Shown one piece after another: positions 34,471-47,880 of a stretch of DNA of 64,000 bases. The notes beneath the pieces are model-generated. The model was not told the origin of the DNA. It did no database searches and saw only the letters and a list, made by a program, of their open reading frames with translations. The position numbers and the translations under genes are program-made. How positions within the stretch are numbered: the stretch's first letter is position 1; each line of letters starts with the position of its first letter. Source of the DNA: Octopus sinensis (lineage: Eukaryota); NCBI RefSeq assembly GCF_006345805.1, contig NC_043008.1, positions 23,374,001 to 23,438,000 on the forward strand, read 5' to 3'.

Positions 34471-35977
34471 AGGGCTGTACAGGCTCTATACAGAGAGGCT
34501 GTCAGCAAGGTTAGGATTGGCAACGAATATAGTGAAGAATTCCGGGTAGAAGTAGGTGTGCACCAGGGCTCAGCCCTCAGTCCCCCTTTTATTCATCATA
34601 GTCCTTCAGGCAATAACAGAGGAATTCAAAACGGGATGCCCCTGGGAGCTCCTCTATGCCGATGACCTAGCTCTCATAGCAGAATCACTACCGGAACTAG
34701 AAGAGAAATTTCGGGTGTGGAAGCAAGGGTTGGAATCAAAGGGCCTTAGAATAAATGTAGCAAAGACCAAAGTATTAGTAAGCAGCAAGAGGTACTCAGC
34801 ACACATCCCCTCGGGTAGGTGGCCCTGCTCAACCTGTAGGAAAGGTACAGGTAGAAACTCCATAAGATGCACCCAATGTAAGTTATGGACACATAAGAGG
34901 TGCAGCAACATTAAAGGGAAATTAACAGATAAGATAGCTTTCATGTGCGGCAGATGCACAGGGACAATAGACACAACAGACACTCAGAAAACAGATTCCA
35001 TCACACTCCAGGGAGAGAAACTAGAAGTAGTTGATAGTTTCCGCTACCTGGGTGACCAAGTTAGTAGCGGAGGTGGATGCACAGAGAGTATCACCACTAG
35101 AATACGAATAGCCTGGGCAAAGTTCAGAAAGCTCCTACCCCTACTGGCAACAAAAGGTCTCTCCCTCAGAGCAAAAGGTAGATTGTATGATGCATGTGTG
35201 CGAACTGCCATGCTTCATGGTAATGAAACATGGGCTGTGACTGCAGAAGACATGCGTAGACTTGAAAGAAATGAAGCTAGCATGATCCGCTGGATGTGTA
35301 GTGTCAGTGTGCACGCAAAACAGAGTGTAAGTATCCTGAGAGAAATGCTGGATATAAGAAGCATCAGATGTGGTGTGCAAGAGCGACGCTTGCGATGGTA
35401 TGGTCATGTGCTGCGGATGGATGAAGAGAGATGTGTGAAGAAGTGCCACTCCCAAACAGTTGAAGGTATCAGGGGGAGAGGTAGACCCAGGAAGACATGG
35501 GATGAGGTGGTCAAGCATGACCTCAGAGCATTGGGCCTCACTGAGGCAATGGCGAAGGACCGAGATCTCTGGAGATATGCTGTGACTACAAAGACCCGGG
35601 CTGCTTTCTGCAGCAATTCCACATACCCCCTACCCATTCTAAGTACCCCGGATCCCCAAAGTACCCCGGATCCCCAAAGTACCCTGGATCCCCAAAGTAC
35701 CCCGGACCTCGTTGCCCCCGTGCCGCTGACACGTTAAAATGCTCGAACCGATCGTGACGATGCCGGACCCTCCGGCCCCTGTGCAGGTGGCACGTAAAAA
35801 GCACCCAATCCACTCACGGAGTGGTTGGCGTTAGGAAGGGCATCCAGCCGTAGAAACTCTGCCAGATTCAGACTGGAGCCTGGAGCGGCCCCTGGCTTCC
35901 CAGACCCGGTCGAACCGTCCAACCCGTGCTAGCGCGGAAAGCGGACGTTAAACGATGATGATGATGATGATGATGAT
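34471..35977 (+). mobile_element. 5'-truncated RTE LINE: RT C-terminal half with PHD-like finger, 3'UTR and (GAT)n tail
   Basis: GVHQGSALSP, LLYADDL, the Cys/His cluster CSTC..CTQC..HKRC..CGRC, RWYGHVLRM and GRGRPRKTW; the reading frame is open. Confidence 0.93.
35641..35708 (+). repeat. 18-bp tandem repeat (aagtaccccggatcccca) x ~4, in frame (STPDPQ)
   Basis: Directly visible. Confidence 0.92.
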
Positions 35978-37041
35978 AGTACTAAATGTGAGAAGAACAC
36001 AAAACATCCAGACAGGTGATACAAAAAAAGGACAACAAAACATCCAGATAGACAATACAAAGAAAACAAGGACAGGTCATTTGGAGTTTTCTTTCCTCAG
36101 TCGAGTTCCAGATTATCTTTGCAATTTCAGCTGGTTATACTCGAAATAACAGGACATAACAACAAGTGTATTTCGACTAAGGACAAATTGAATTAAGCTG
36201 GCGTGTATGGAAGTAAAGCCTTACAGCAGGGATACAAGATTTCACTGGCACAGGGAAGAATATAGATGTTGCACGGACATCAGCCAAACCAAGAAAGAAA
36301 GGTCAAGCTTGGTTGAACACTGGTCACATGGGAAGAGAAGAGAGAGAGGTAGAGGCAGAGGGACAGAAGAAAGAAGGAGGGGCAAGAAAAAAATGACAGG
36401 GACACAATGAAGTGAAAAGAGGAGGGAAAGTGAGCATGAAGAGAAGGCAATGAAATGTGAGAGAGGGAGAATGAAAGAATGAAAAGTGGAATTAATGAAA
36501 TAAGTGTGTAAGGGCTGATAGAATGAAGGAAAGAATAAAAGAATAAAGAAATAGAGTTGTACAAGATTTAGATAAATATATACTTACATATAAGAGACCA
36601 AAGTCTACGTATGCCGCTATATATATATATATATCATCATCATCATCATCATCATCATCGTTTATATATATATATATATATATATAAATACAAAATGGGA
36701 TAAGAAAAACAAAACATATATATATATATAGTGTGTGTATGTGTGTATTTTATATATGAACACACAGTCATATTTATGTGTATTTTTATCAAATTGCCAT
36801 GTGCTTTAGAGACAAATTACATACCTACACCTTCAAGTGTTCACACACATATACACACACTTACACACATATGCATAAATACGCATACAATTATGTACAC
36901 TGTATACATCATCTAAGGAAATTTATTAAAAATCATCATCAATTTCATTGCTGTGAACATCACAACCTTTCCTTTTGAATATATCTACCTTAGTCCATTA
37001 GTATAATTCTGAGTGCATGATGATGTGTGTGTGCCTGTAAT

Positions 37042-40000
37042 CAATGGCGGAACTATCATAAAACTAATGAAGCTTAAGCTTCAGGGCCCCTAATCCTGGA
37101 GGGACCCTTCTGAAGCAACTTAATTTTTTCATTCTGTCAATTTTATTTGTTTTGTATTTTGCCATGCAGATTGCTGTTATCAGTCTTAGTAGACATCATA
37201 TCATACTCTTCTGCAGAGTCTAACATGAAGTGTCTAGCAACAAGTTGTTCACCTGCTGTTTCTGCCAGTGTGAAGCAGCATTAAATATAAAAGTACAAAC
37301 GAATCACAGATAATTCGCTTTACTTGAATTATTGTGGAAACTTGGGCCCTGCCCCTTTCATTGTCAAATGTGTCTACTACTACATCTGCACGGTAGAGAT
37401 AAGAATTCTTATTTTCACACCATTATTATTTAATGACCAATGAAAGGGTTTACCTCCTAGATTTGGACTTACAATCTGTTCAATAACAAAGCATTTTTTC
37501 TACCTTAAAAATTGTTTGAATATCACCTTGTACAAAATGAATAATTCTTCATTTATGACTATATATTAAGTTGTGAACCCTTATCTTGATTGATCTCTGT
37601 CTCGCTGTGGCTAATGAAAACATTACCTCAATTTATTTTTCTCAGAGGTTTAGGCCCCAAGAGGAATAGCAATGTTTGCAAGAAAGTACTTAAGTGGATA
37701 CCAGAAATGCCAACTCAAGGAAAAGCAATTTAATGAAATTTCTAGATGTCAAAAACTATCAAACTATTTTACAATGTCAAGTAAAAGTTTGTCATCATTT
37801 GCAACTGAAAGAAGCTGTGCAAGCACCAGTGAAGTCAATGATAGTGCACAAACCATAAGTGCTCTGTTTAGCAATAATCAACCTACTGTTGACACTTTTG
37901 GTGCAGATGATGATCATAGTGGTCAAGAACTTAGAGAAAAGCAAGAGCAGAAACAGGAAACAGGAAGCAAATTTAGTGATTTGAAAGAATACAGTGACCT
38001 GGCAAACTGGCCTGTAACAATTTATAATGATTTCATACAAAACTGTTTATTGCAAGACATCAGTTTTTTTTCAAAATAAAAAAAAAAGCAGATAATGTAT
38101 ATACTGAATCCAAAAGGATTTACAAACAGCAAAATCAAAGTTTCTCAAACAAGTACTTTGAAATAAAGATTGAAAAATGGTCATACTGTGATGAGATCCT
38201 GTTTAATTTACTCAAAGAGCAAACACTTTTCTAAATTCCAAATGTCACTTACATTGGGTAGGTTTTCTGAATGGATGAATATACTCAGAACTCTAGAAAA
38301 TCTTGAAGACAACATGGAACATAACAGGGTGATGTTGAGCTGGCTAAAATGAGAGTCAAATAAAAACACTGTGGATCAACAACTTGAGGAACAGTTGGGA
38401 AAAAACATGCAGTACTATTTCGAAGTACTTAAAAAGTGAAAGAGGTTTAGCATTTAGAGGTCATGAAAAAATGTGAGGCTCCCCAAACAATGGCAATTTC
38501 ATGGGGGCCATTGATCTTATTGCGGAATTTGACCCATTTTTACATGAACATTTAGAGAAATGTAAAAATGAAAAAGTAAATTTTACTTACCTATCCAAAT
38601 GTATGAAGACTTGAAAGAAATTATGGGAAAACGTGTGAAAGATGAAGTGGTGAATCAGATCAACAATCTAGATATCAAATACTACTCAATTATTGTCAAC
38701 TCTGCACTTGACATGACACATGTTGACCAGCTAGTAATTGTTGTTCAATACTGTTACAATGGAAAGCCTGTAAGAGATTTTTAGCATTTTTACCAATAGA
38801 AAAACATTCATCCATGACCTTGTTCAACAAAATAACAATTTCTGGGGGAGCATAAGCTTTCACTTGAAAATATCTATGGTCAGTCATATAATAATGCTTC
38901 TAACATGAAGGGATTGGAAAAAGGGCTGCAAGCACTTCTTAAAAACATTAACAGGTTTGCAGATTATGTACCATGTGCAAGCCATTCACTCAACTTTGAT
39001 AGTTTAAAGGCAGTGTCTACTGTACCTGAAGTTGTTGACTATTCTGGCATCTTGCAGCAGCTGCATTTTCTTTTCTGAATCTCCTCAAAGATGGGGGATT
39101 TTGAACACATGGAGCAATCTAGCCTTTTCTCTAAAGAGCCTAAGTGTAGATAGATGGTCTGCACGCTATGAAGCAGTCTGGGCAATTAAAAATGGATACA
39201 GGGATATTTTTACAGACTCTCAAACATGAAGAGAAGCCTGAATGTAAGCGAGATGCAAAGAATTTATACCACAAGTTGGTAATATTGGAATATGCTGTTT
39301 GGGAAGAAGTAATGGAGCGTTTTAACAAAATAAGTAAGAAACTCCAAACCTCTGGTTCTAATGTATTCGAAGGTTACCTTCTGCTAGCATCTTTGCTTTC
39401 ATTTGTTAAAAAACTACAAGAAAATTCAGCCAACAGGATTGCACACTATGAATTGGTTTATGAAAAGGTTTATGTGAATATATCATCTCAAATTATTCTG
39501 ATGTTTCCAAACACATTGTTTCAAAGAAATTCACAGATAGAACAAGTGATAGAGCATCTTTGAAAGAGGCTGAAAATTTAGGAAAGAAGTTCTAAATCAA
39601 GTCTATGATTGCTTGATAATCCAGTTAAGCAAGAGGATGGACCCATATGAGCAGACTGCGAATTTGATGAGAACAGTATCAAACTTATAATATCGCATTA
39701 CAAAGATTATATTGACCACAAATTAATGAGTGTTATCAGTTCAAAGAGTATTTATGCCTTAGGAAATCCTGGAATACAGGAGAAAACACACCATCTAAAA
39801 TGCAATGCACATAAGTTCTTCAGCTTATTTATGAGCAACAATTAATTGAAGTATCCCCTAATATTACCACTGCACATATGCTGTATTTGACAATGCCTTA
39901 AAATGAGGTATGAAGCAGAAATGGGTTCTTCAGAGCTTTCCTTTGTAAAGAATAAATTTCAGTCTACCATGACTGAAGAGCACTTATGCATATTGTCTCT

Positions 40001-40449
40001 AGAAAATGACATTGCAAAGAAGCTGTCATATGACAAAACTGTTGTTACAAAAAACAGAAAAAAAGAGTATTTTGTAATTTTCATATGTATCTTAAGGATG
40101 CATGTATATAACACTTCCTTAATTATCAACCCCCATAACTCTAAAAGTATAAGACATAACCTGGAAAATATTTGTATTGATCTACCATGGAACAACCACA
40201 TCAACAAAGATATTGGTGATTACCCACACCTCATTTCTGGTGGAAAGAGGGCTCACTTTCAGACTCATTTTTAAGGACTCCACATCACAACTCCACTATT
40301 TGGGTTATCAGGGCCTCATGCTGGAGTTCCTTGCAAGGGAATGAAAATTTTTTGACCTTTGTTGGATGTTACCCTACTGTTGCTGATGGTAAAGGGTGCT
40401 CACATAACATTTTAAGCTTCAGGCACCCAATATTGTAGATCTGCCACTG
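37042..40449 (+). mobile_element. hAT DNA transposon (ZMYM1/Tip100-like), full length and decayed
   Basis: TIRs caatggcggaact and agatctgccactg; flanks cctgtaat and cctgtagg (6/8). Transposase relics NNGNFMGAIDLIAEFDP, YYSII..DMTHVDQL, GQSYNNASNM, VPCASHSLN, RWSARYEA and a hATC-like C-terminus. Confidence 0.9.
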
Positions 40450-40778
40450 CCTGTAGGTGTGTGTATCTATGTTTATATATTTATATACGATAACCTTCAC
40501 TTGAGAATGACTCAGTGCCCTGCTTGATGCTGTCATTAATTATGTAGTTAAGAGGAGAGGAACATGCAGCATTTTTACTGTCTTAGGGAGAGTGGGTTGC
40601 AGCAACATTCAGTTAGTATTCATTTCAGATAAGTAGACTATTTTTACAAGTTTACAATGTGCTGCCATGTGTGTATTCATTTGTTTTATGTTAATTTTTC
40701 GATGTTAACATTAATTATTATATATTACTGAATTATTCTATAACCAGATGCCTTTCCTGTTGCTAATCTTTACTTGTA

Positions 40779-42077
40779 CAAGTTAGTATCATAAAGTTCC
40801 CTGACTAGTTCTTTAGTGTGCCAACAGATGGCAGCATGCTGTTGTATGCACAGTGAGAACTAGCAGTGACCTTCATGAGGCAGTGTGCTGAGTGACATCA
40901 CAGTGTTTACTTTACAAGTTGTGAAATTTATGCTATTGTGATCACATGTATGCTGTAGTCTGTGATTTTGTCATGGACAGGAATAAAGAGCCATTGTAAA
41001 ATTTTGTGTTTAACTTGAGAAGTCAGCTACAGATACATTGAGCATGCTTTGACAAGTTTATAGTAATGGGACAATGGATTGTATGCAATGATTCAAATGA
41101 TTCATAAGTGGAAGAATGTCTCTGGAAGATGATGAACAATCTGGAAGACCTGCCACAAACGTCAGCCCTGGGAATGTAGTATTGTGCATTGGGAATTCGT
41201 CTCTCAGGGCCAGACCATCAACTGAGAGTTCTACTGTGATGTTTTCAAGCATTTGAGGGAGGACGTTTGGTAAAAGTGACCAGATCTATGAGGTGCGAAG
41301 AATTGGGTTCTTCATGATGACAATGCACCCTGTCACCATGCTCTCCTCACTTATGAGTCTCTCACTATAAACAACAAGGTATTGCTAATGCACCTGGCCT
41401 ATTCACCAGATTTAGGACCTGGAGGCTCCCATCTCTTCCCCAAGATGAAAATGAAGCTGAAAGGTTGTGATTTTAATATGTTTCCAAGATTCAGAACAAA
41501 TTACAGAAGATCCTTGACCTGCTTATGGAAAATGACTTCCAGGCTAGACTCCAAAAGTGGCAGGAGTGCTGAGACCAGTGTATTGCTGAGCAAGGTGCCT
41601 ATTTCAAAGGAGAGGATGTTAAAACATATCTCTTTTACTCCTTTACTTGTTTCAGTCATTTGACTGTGGCCATGCTGGAGCACTGCCTTTAGTCGAAGAA
41701 ATCAACTCCAGCCTAGTACGTATTCTACTGCTAAGTTATGGGGGTGTAAGCACACCAGCATCGGTTGTCAAGCGATGTTGGAGGGACAATCACAGACACA
41801 CAAATATATACATACACACATACACACACATACATATATATATACACATATACAACAGGCTTCTTTCAGTTTCCGTCTACCAAATCCGCTCACAAGGCTT
41901 TAGTCGGCCTGAGGCTATAGTAGAAGACACTTGCCCAAGGTGCCATGTAGTGGGACTGAACCTGGAACCGTGTGGTTGGTAAGCAAGCTACTTACCACAC
42001 AGCTACTCCTGCGCCTATGTAAATAAGTTATTTTTTGTTAAACATAATTAGTCCAGGAACCTTTTGATACCATCTCA
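40779..42077 (+). mobile_element. mariner element, internally deleted, with SINE insertion
   Basis: Diverged TIRs (gtatcataaagttccctgacta / tagtccaggaaccttttgatac) flanked by TA; relics SLEDDEQSGRP, DNAP and AYSPDLGP..LFPKMK. Confidence 0.8.
41631..42017 (-). mobile_element. tRNA-derived SINE, near full length
   Basis: Homologous to 28901-29302. Confidence 0.88.
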
Positions 42078-42186
42078 TATGTTCAAGTATGAGAATTTTC
42101 ATTCCACTACTCTTTGAAAGCATTGAGCTAGAGGACACTTTGTTGATAGAATTATCAACTGCTTTTTCATGTAAACTGGAAAATAT

Positions 42187-42244
<58 letters not shown>

Positions 42245-42499
42245 GCACACACACATGTATATATCTAATTTATTCACTCAGAGCTGGCCTGAAGCTATAG
42301 TAGAAAACACATGTCTAAGGTGCTGCAATAGAACTAACGTTGAGACCATGTAGTTGACAAAGGAACTTCTTAATCACATTGCCTGCATATATATGTACAC
42401 ACACACACACACAAAAGATGGGGCCACGTGCTTAGACTTGCATTCGCACACCAATAACATGCTGAATGCATACTGCCTAAATCACTGTCCAATCAGAAT

Positions 42500-42830
42500 G
42501 ATACAGCTAATGGATAGCATCTGGCTGTGTTTTAAATCCAATGTGGTGTACCAAATGATGTGCTCTTATGGAACAACATACATAGGATCAACCAGAAGAC
42601 AATTTCACCTTAGAGTGAAGGAACATCTCCACAAGGCCACACCACCCAACACCATGTTTCAACACCACCAACATTATGATGGGAATTTCTCCACCTGGAT
42701 ACTAGCCAGGAGACAGATGCAGTTAACCTCAGAATCATAGAAGTACACTTCATTAAGAAGAAGGCACCTATCCTGAACTGCCATAATGAGTTGGATGCAT
42801 GGAAATACATCTCTTGCTTCCAGGATCATT
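42500..42830 (+). pseudogene. GIY-YIG endonuclease fragment of a PLE
   Basis: NVVYQMMCSYGTTYIGSTRRQFHLRVKEH. Confidence 0.75.
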
Positions 42831-42985
42831 AACCAGTGCTAATAATAGCCATCATCAGCATAGAACAAGAACAAATAAGAATTAAGAATGTCTAATGAAA
42901 AATAGTTGACTAAAAAGTGCTAACAAGATAAGCTATAACACCCAGTAACAAGGCTCTCTACAAGTCACATGTCACATTTAGGCTA

Positions 42986-43200
<215 letters not shown>

Positions 43201-43399
43201 CTACTTATTTATCTACCTATTTACTTTTATATCTACCTCTATATCCACAAACTTTTTATATATCCTTAATCTCTTACATCCATGAACCTTCAAAACTTTT
43301 ATATCCATCCATCCATCTATTATGGAAAATTAAACTTTCTCATACCTCCTTTTACTTTACTATTTGAATGATAAAGACACCTCAACTGAGAGGGGAGTG

Positions 43400-44280
43400 G
43401 TATTGAAGGAGGTAATTGATGAGAGGTCAAACTATGATAGGAGGACAGAAACAGATGTCTTGCTGTGGAGGAGATACTTGGATACCCCAGTTAGAGAGAA
43501 AGAGGATGGTAGAATTTGGTGGTGAACATGTGTCACGGTGTACTGTCAAGGTAAAAGATAGGGAACATAGGTGGAGTTATACAGAGTATGGGGGGGGGGG
43601 GGAGTGAGCTGGTAGTTCATGGAAGTGCAAAAGGAGAGTAGAGAGGGGGAAAGTGAAGGGGTATGTTTGGACTACAAGATTGGATGTAGCAGGACAGGAG
43701 GGTAAAACTAAGAGATGCAACATTTGTGGTAGAATATTCAAGAGTGAACATAGTATGAAAACTCATCAAAGCAAAGCTAAGTGCTAAGAGAAACTACAAC
43801 ACTGCAAAACACCTGCTACCACCTAGAGTATTAGAATGGCTTGTCAATTGGGGGGCAGACTGGGGCAAGGTGGCAAACCACAGTATCTATGATCTTTCTG
43901 ATCAACTTCCTCAGAGTGTAGGAAGAACCAGAAGATTTTAAGAAGATATCATAGCTGAATTTGCCACCAGTGGCATATCGAAGATGAGCTCAGTTGAATC
44001 AGGATCTTCACATTATCCTGGACAATATTCGGAAAAGTGATGTAACCAGGAAGAAGAGGACCATGAAGCAAGTTGTGTTCCAGGCATATCAAAATACCAT
44101 TGGCATGAAGGAAAAAAAATTTAGAAACTGCATGGTCTCAGTAAGGGGTAGTATCAAATCACTGAATTGAGAAAAGAGCTAAAACAACTGATGAAAGGGT
44201 GAAAGAAGCAAATGAAGGGAAAAACAGTTTTAACTAGCTGAGCTCAGAATTATTGAAAAAAACTGCTTTAAATTTGCAAT
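43400..44280 (-). mobile_element. Highly decayed PLE (possibly Neptune-like) relic
   Basis: Frameshifted minus-strand PLVA-FS..LKNLLV..TL resembles the PLVAFRRxxNLRDxLV linker; weak. Confidence 0.35.
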
Positions 44281-44289
44281 CTGGAAAAA

Positions 44290-44293
<4 letters not shown>

Positions 44294-44368
<75 letters not shown>

Positions 44369-44410
44369 AAAGAGAGAAAGAGAGAAAGGGTGAGAGAGAG
44401 AGATAGAGAG
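44294..44410. repeat. (GA)n microsatellite
   Basis: Directly visible. Confidence 0.95.
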
Positions 44411-44649
44411 GGTTAAAGCAAAGAAGGGCTTTTTTAACAACCTATTCTAGTTCATTCTGGTTCTAGTTCAGAAAGGAAAAAAAAGGTGAAAAGCTTATGC
44501 ACTCTAATCAAGAAGTAGAGAGTAGATTGGCAGCTGTGTCCAAGTAACATCAGGAGAGACATTTTATGAGGGGACTGTTCTTTCCAGTTGTCAGTATCCA
44601 AGCCACACATCCCTCCTTTTAATATGGAATACTTCATTGTCAATGATGT

Positions 44650-47350
44650 AAGAGTAGAAGTGGAAAAAGCTTGGGCAGGATATTTACCTGGCTTCCTACT
44701 TATTAGGACTTTGGTTTTAGCTAGGTTGACTCTAAGGCCCTTTGATTATAATCCTTGTTTCCACGCTTGAAACTTCTCCTCTAGTTCTGATAGTGACTCA
44801 GCAATTAGAGCAAGGTCATCAGCATAGAGGAGCTCTCAGGGCCATCCTGTCTTAAATTCCTCTGTTATTGCCTGGAGGACTATGATAAATAGGAGAGGGC
44901 TGAGGACTGAACCTTGGTGGACCCCTACCTCTACCCTGAGGTAGGGGTCCACTGTACTCATTGCCAACTACACTGTACTCATTGCGAACTCTCACCTTAC
45001 TGACAGCGTCCCTGTACATGGCTTGTACAGCTCTCATTAACCATTCATCTATCCCTAGTTTCCTCATTGACCACCAGATAAGGGATTGGGGGACCCTGTC
45101 AAAGGCTTTCTCCATGTTAATGAAAGCCAGGTACAGGGGCTTATCTTTGGCTAGGTATTTTTCCTGCAGCTGTCTTACCAGAAATATGGCATCGGTGGTG
45201 CTTTTCCCTGGCACGAACCCAAGCTGCATCTCATCCCTATTTAGTTGGGCTATGACTCTCTCCATGACCTTCATTACCTGATCCAACAGCTTGATACCTC
45301 TGTAATTATTTGTATCTAAAGCGTCACCTTTACCTTTGTAGCAGTTGACTATTATGCTGCTACACCAGTCATTGGGTATGACTCCTTCGTGTATCACCTG
45401 GTTAACTATATGGGTAACTAAGCTATAGCCGACACTGCCAGATATTTTGAGCATCTCTGCAGTAATTCCTGATGGACCGGGGGCTTTCCCTGTCTTCATA
45501 CTCTTAATTGCTTTATCTACCAAGGTACTGTCAACTCGGATAGCTGGTCCCTCTGTTGGGTCGACATTTGGCAGACTCTCTTTCTCTCATTTATTTTCTT
45601 TATTGAGCAACCTTTCATAGTGGTGTTGCCAAACCTCTCTCTTTGCAGCCCCATTTAGTGCAAGAGAACCATCATCCATGCATACACATTTATCTCCTAC
45701 AACATCATGATTCTCTCTCACACACTGTCTTGCAACGCGAAATACCTCAAGTCTTTAGTCCTTACGGCGCAGAACATTGGCAAATTTTTTCTTATCTGCT
45801 TCCCCTCTGGCTAGATAAACCTGTCTCCTAGCTTCTCTTCTGGCAGTCTGATACAATTCCCTGCTAACGCCATTCTTCCAGTCCTTCCAAGCCTGTTTCT
45901 TTTGTCTAATAGCTCTGTCAACCACATTGTTCCACCACCATGTTATTTTGGATCAAGAGGGGACTTTGCACCATCCACAGATCTGGTCATTGGCTCTCAG
46001 CAGGTTGTGCCGTAGAAACCTCCAGTTGTCTTCTACACCGTGTGAAGCTATATCCCCATCTATTTCTTCAAAGGCTTCGAGTAATATGTCTCTAAATCTC
46101 TGTCCATGCGCAGGATCTTTAAGCTTCCAGACCCTTCTTCTCTATGTTGGTCATCTTCTGGGCATCCACTTAGCCCTGATCCTAAAGTCACTAACTACCA
46201 GTCTATGTTGTGGGGTACATTCTTCGCCTGGAAGATTTTAGCATTTATAAGCAGCCATCTTTCCCTTTTTCTGACAAGGATGTAGTCAATTTGGCTAGTA
46301 TGTTGGCCCGATCGGTAGGTGACTATGTGACTGGCATGTTTCCTGAAGTTAGTATTGCAAACCATAAATTCATTTGCATCGCAGAACTCCAGCAGCCTCG
46401 TTCCCTCCTTGTTGTGGGAACCATAACCGTAGCCTCCATGTACGCCATGGAAGCCTTCTGTATGTTGTCCAACATGTCCATTGAAGTCACCAGCCACAAA
46501 GTGAAGGTCCCTGTCATTTCTCAACTAGGTAGTCTGCAGTAGGGTGTCATAGAATTGGTCTTTCTGTCCATCGGGTTGCCCCGGCTGTGGGGTATAGGCT
46601 GATATAATGGTTGCTAACCCATGGTGAAGCACTAATCTAATCTTAAGTATTCTGTCGCATACTCTGACTACCTCAATTACCTTATCTACCCATTTTTCAG
46701 CGAGAAGTATACTCACGCCCCTGACCCTGTCAGTGTTCCCCTCCCAGAAAATCTTGTACCTGTGTTCTTTGCCTGTGAGGAACCTAGCAGAACCTCCTCT
46801 CCACCTTAATTCTTGGGTGCAGCACATATCGACACATCTCCGTTCAAGCATCTCAACAATCTTACCAGACCTAGATTTTGGTATGCTAACATTGAGAGTG
46901 CCAACCCTGAGGGTGTGGGAGGTATAGGCCCGTGAGACCCTGAGACAAAGGACAGTGGCTTCATGTACCTGAAAAGAAAACACGCATTTGGCAGAATTCA
47001 TAAACAAACAATACAATAGCCTTCAGTTCAACCTGCATACACTACACTTTTTTGCTCTATATGATCATTACCTAACATAGGAGATAGCTCTAATTAGGGG
47101 TGAGGATGGCGTAAAGCCTATAGAATTGTTCATGTGAAGTAACCCAAGGATGACAAAGGATAGGAACAATAGGAACTTCCGGTACAGGTGGAGGGGTGGG
47201 AGGGTGGGCACACCTCGAACTAGGAAGTTTAGAGGAGAGCATCTTCTGCGTGCACTGGTTTATATGTGGTGGTGCTGGTGGAAGTCTTGGCGAGGCGAGT
47301 GGTAATCAAAAGAGGGAGAGAGAGACAGAGTGAAATAAAGAGAGAGAGAG
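44650..47350 (-). mobile_element. RTE LINE 5' part (5'UTR, APE endonuclease, RT N-terminal half), 3'-truncated
   Basis: LRVGTLNV, CCTQELRW, AGDFNGHVG and IDYILVR (APE); KAPGPSGI, NYRGIKLL, EKAFDRVP and YADDL (RT). Confidence 0.92.
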
Positions 47351-47458
47351 AGAGAGACATAGTGAAATAGAGAGAGAGAAACAGATTCAGTTCATGTAAC
47401 AGAATCTAATTACTTGCTCAGACTAAGGCTTCATAGAATTGCTGTTCTAAGTTTTCCA

Positions 47459-47880
47459 TTATCATCATCATCATCATCATCGTTTAACGTCTACTTTCCA
47501 TGCTAGCATGGGTTGGACGATTTGATTGATGTCTGGCAAACCAGATGGCTGCACCAAACTCCAATCTGATCTGGCAGAGTTTCTACAGCTAGATGCCCTT
47601 CCTAATGCCAACCACTCCGAGAGTGCAGTGGGTGCTTTTACGTGCCACTGGCATGAGGGCCAGTCAGGTGGTACTGGCAACGGCCACGCTCAAATGGTGC
47701 TTGTTATGTGCCACCCGCACAGTAGCCAGTCCAGCGGCACTGGCAATGACCTCGCTCGAATGTTTTTTTTATGTGCCACCAGCATAAGTGCCAGTAAGGC
47801 GAAGCAAGTAACGATCATGCTTGAATGGTGTTTTTTACGTGCCACTGGCAACAATCACACTCATATGGTACTCTTAGCAC
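47459..47880 (-). mobile_element. RTE 3'UTR copy
   Basis: (cat)n-cgtttaacgtctactttccatgctagcatgggttgg and subrepeats. Confidence 0.85.
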
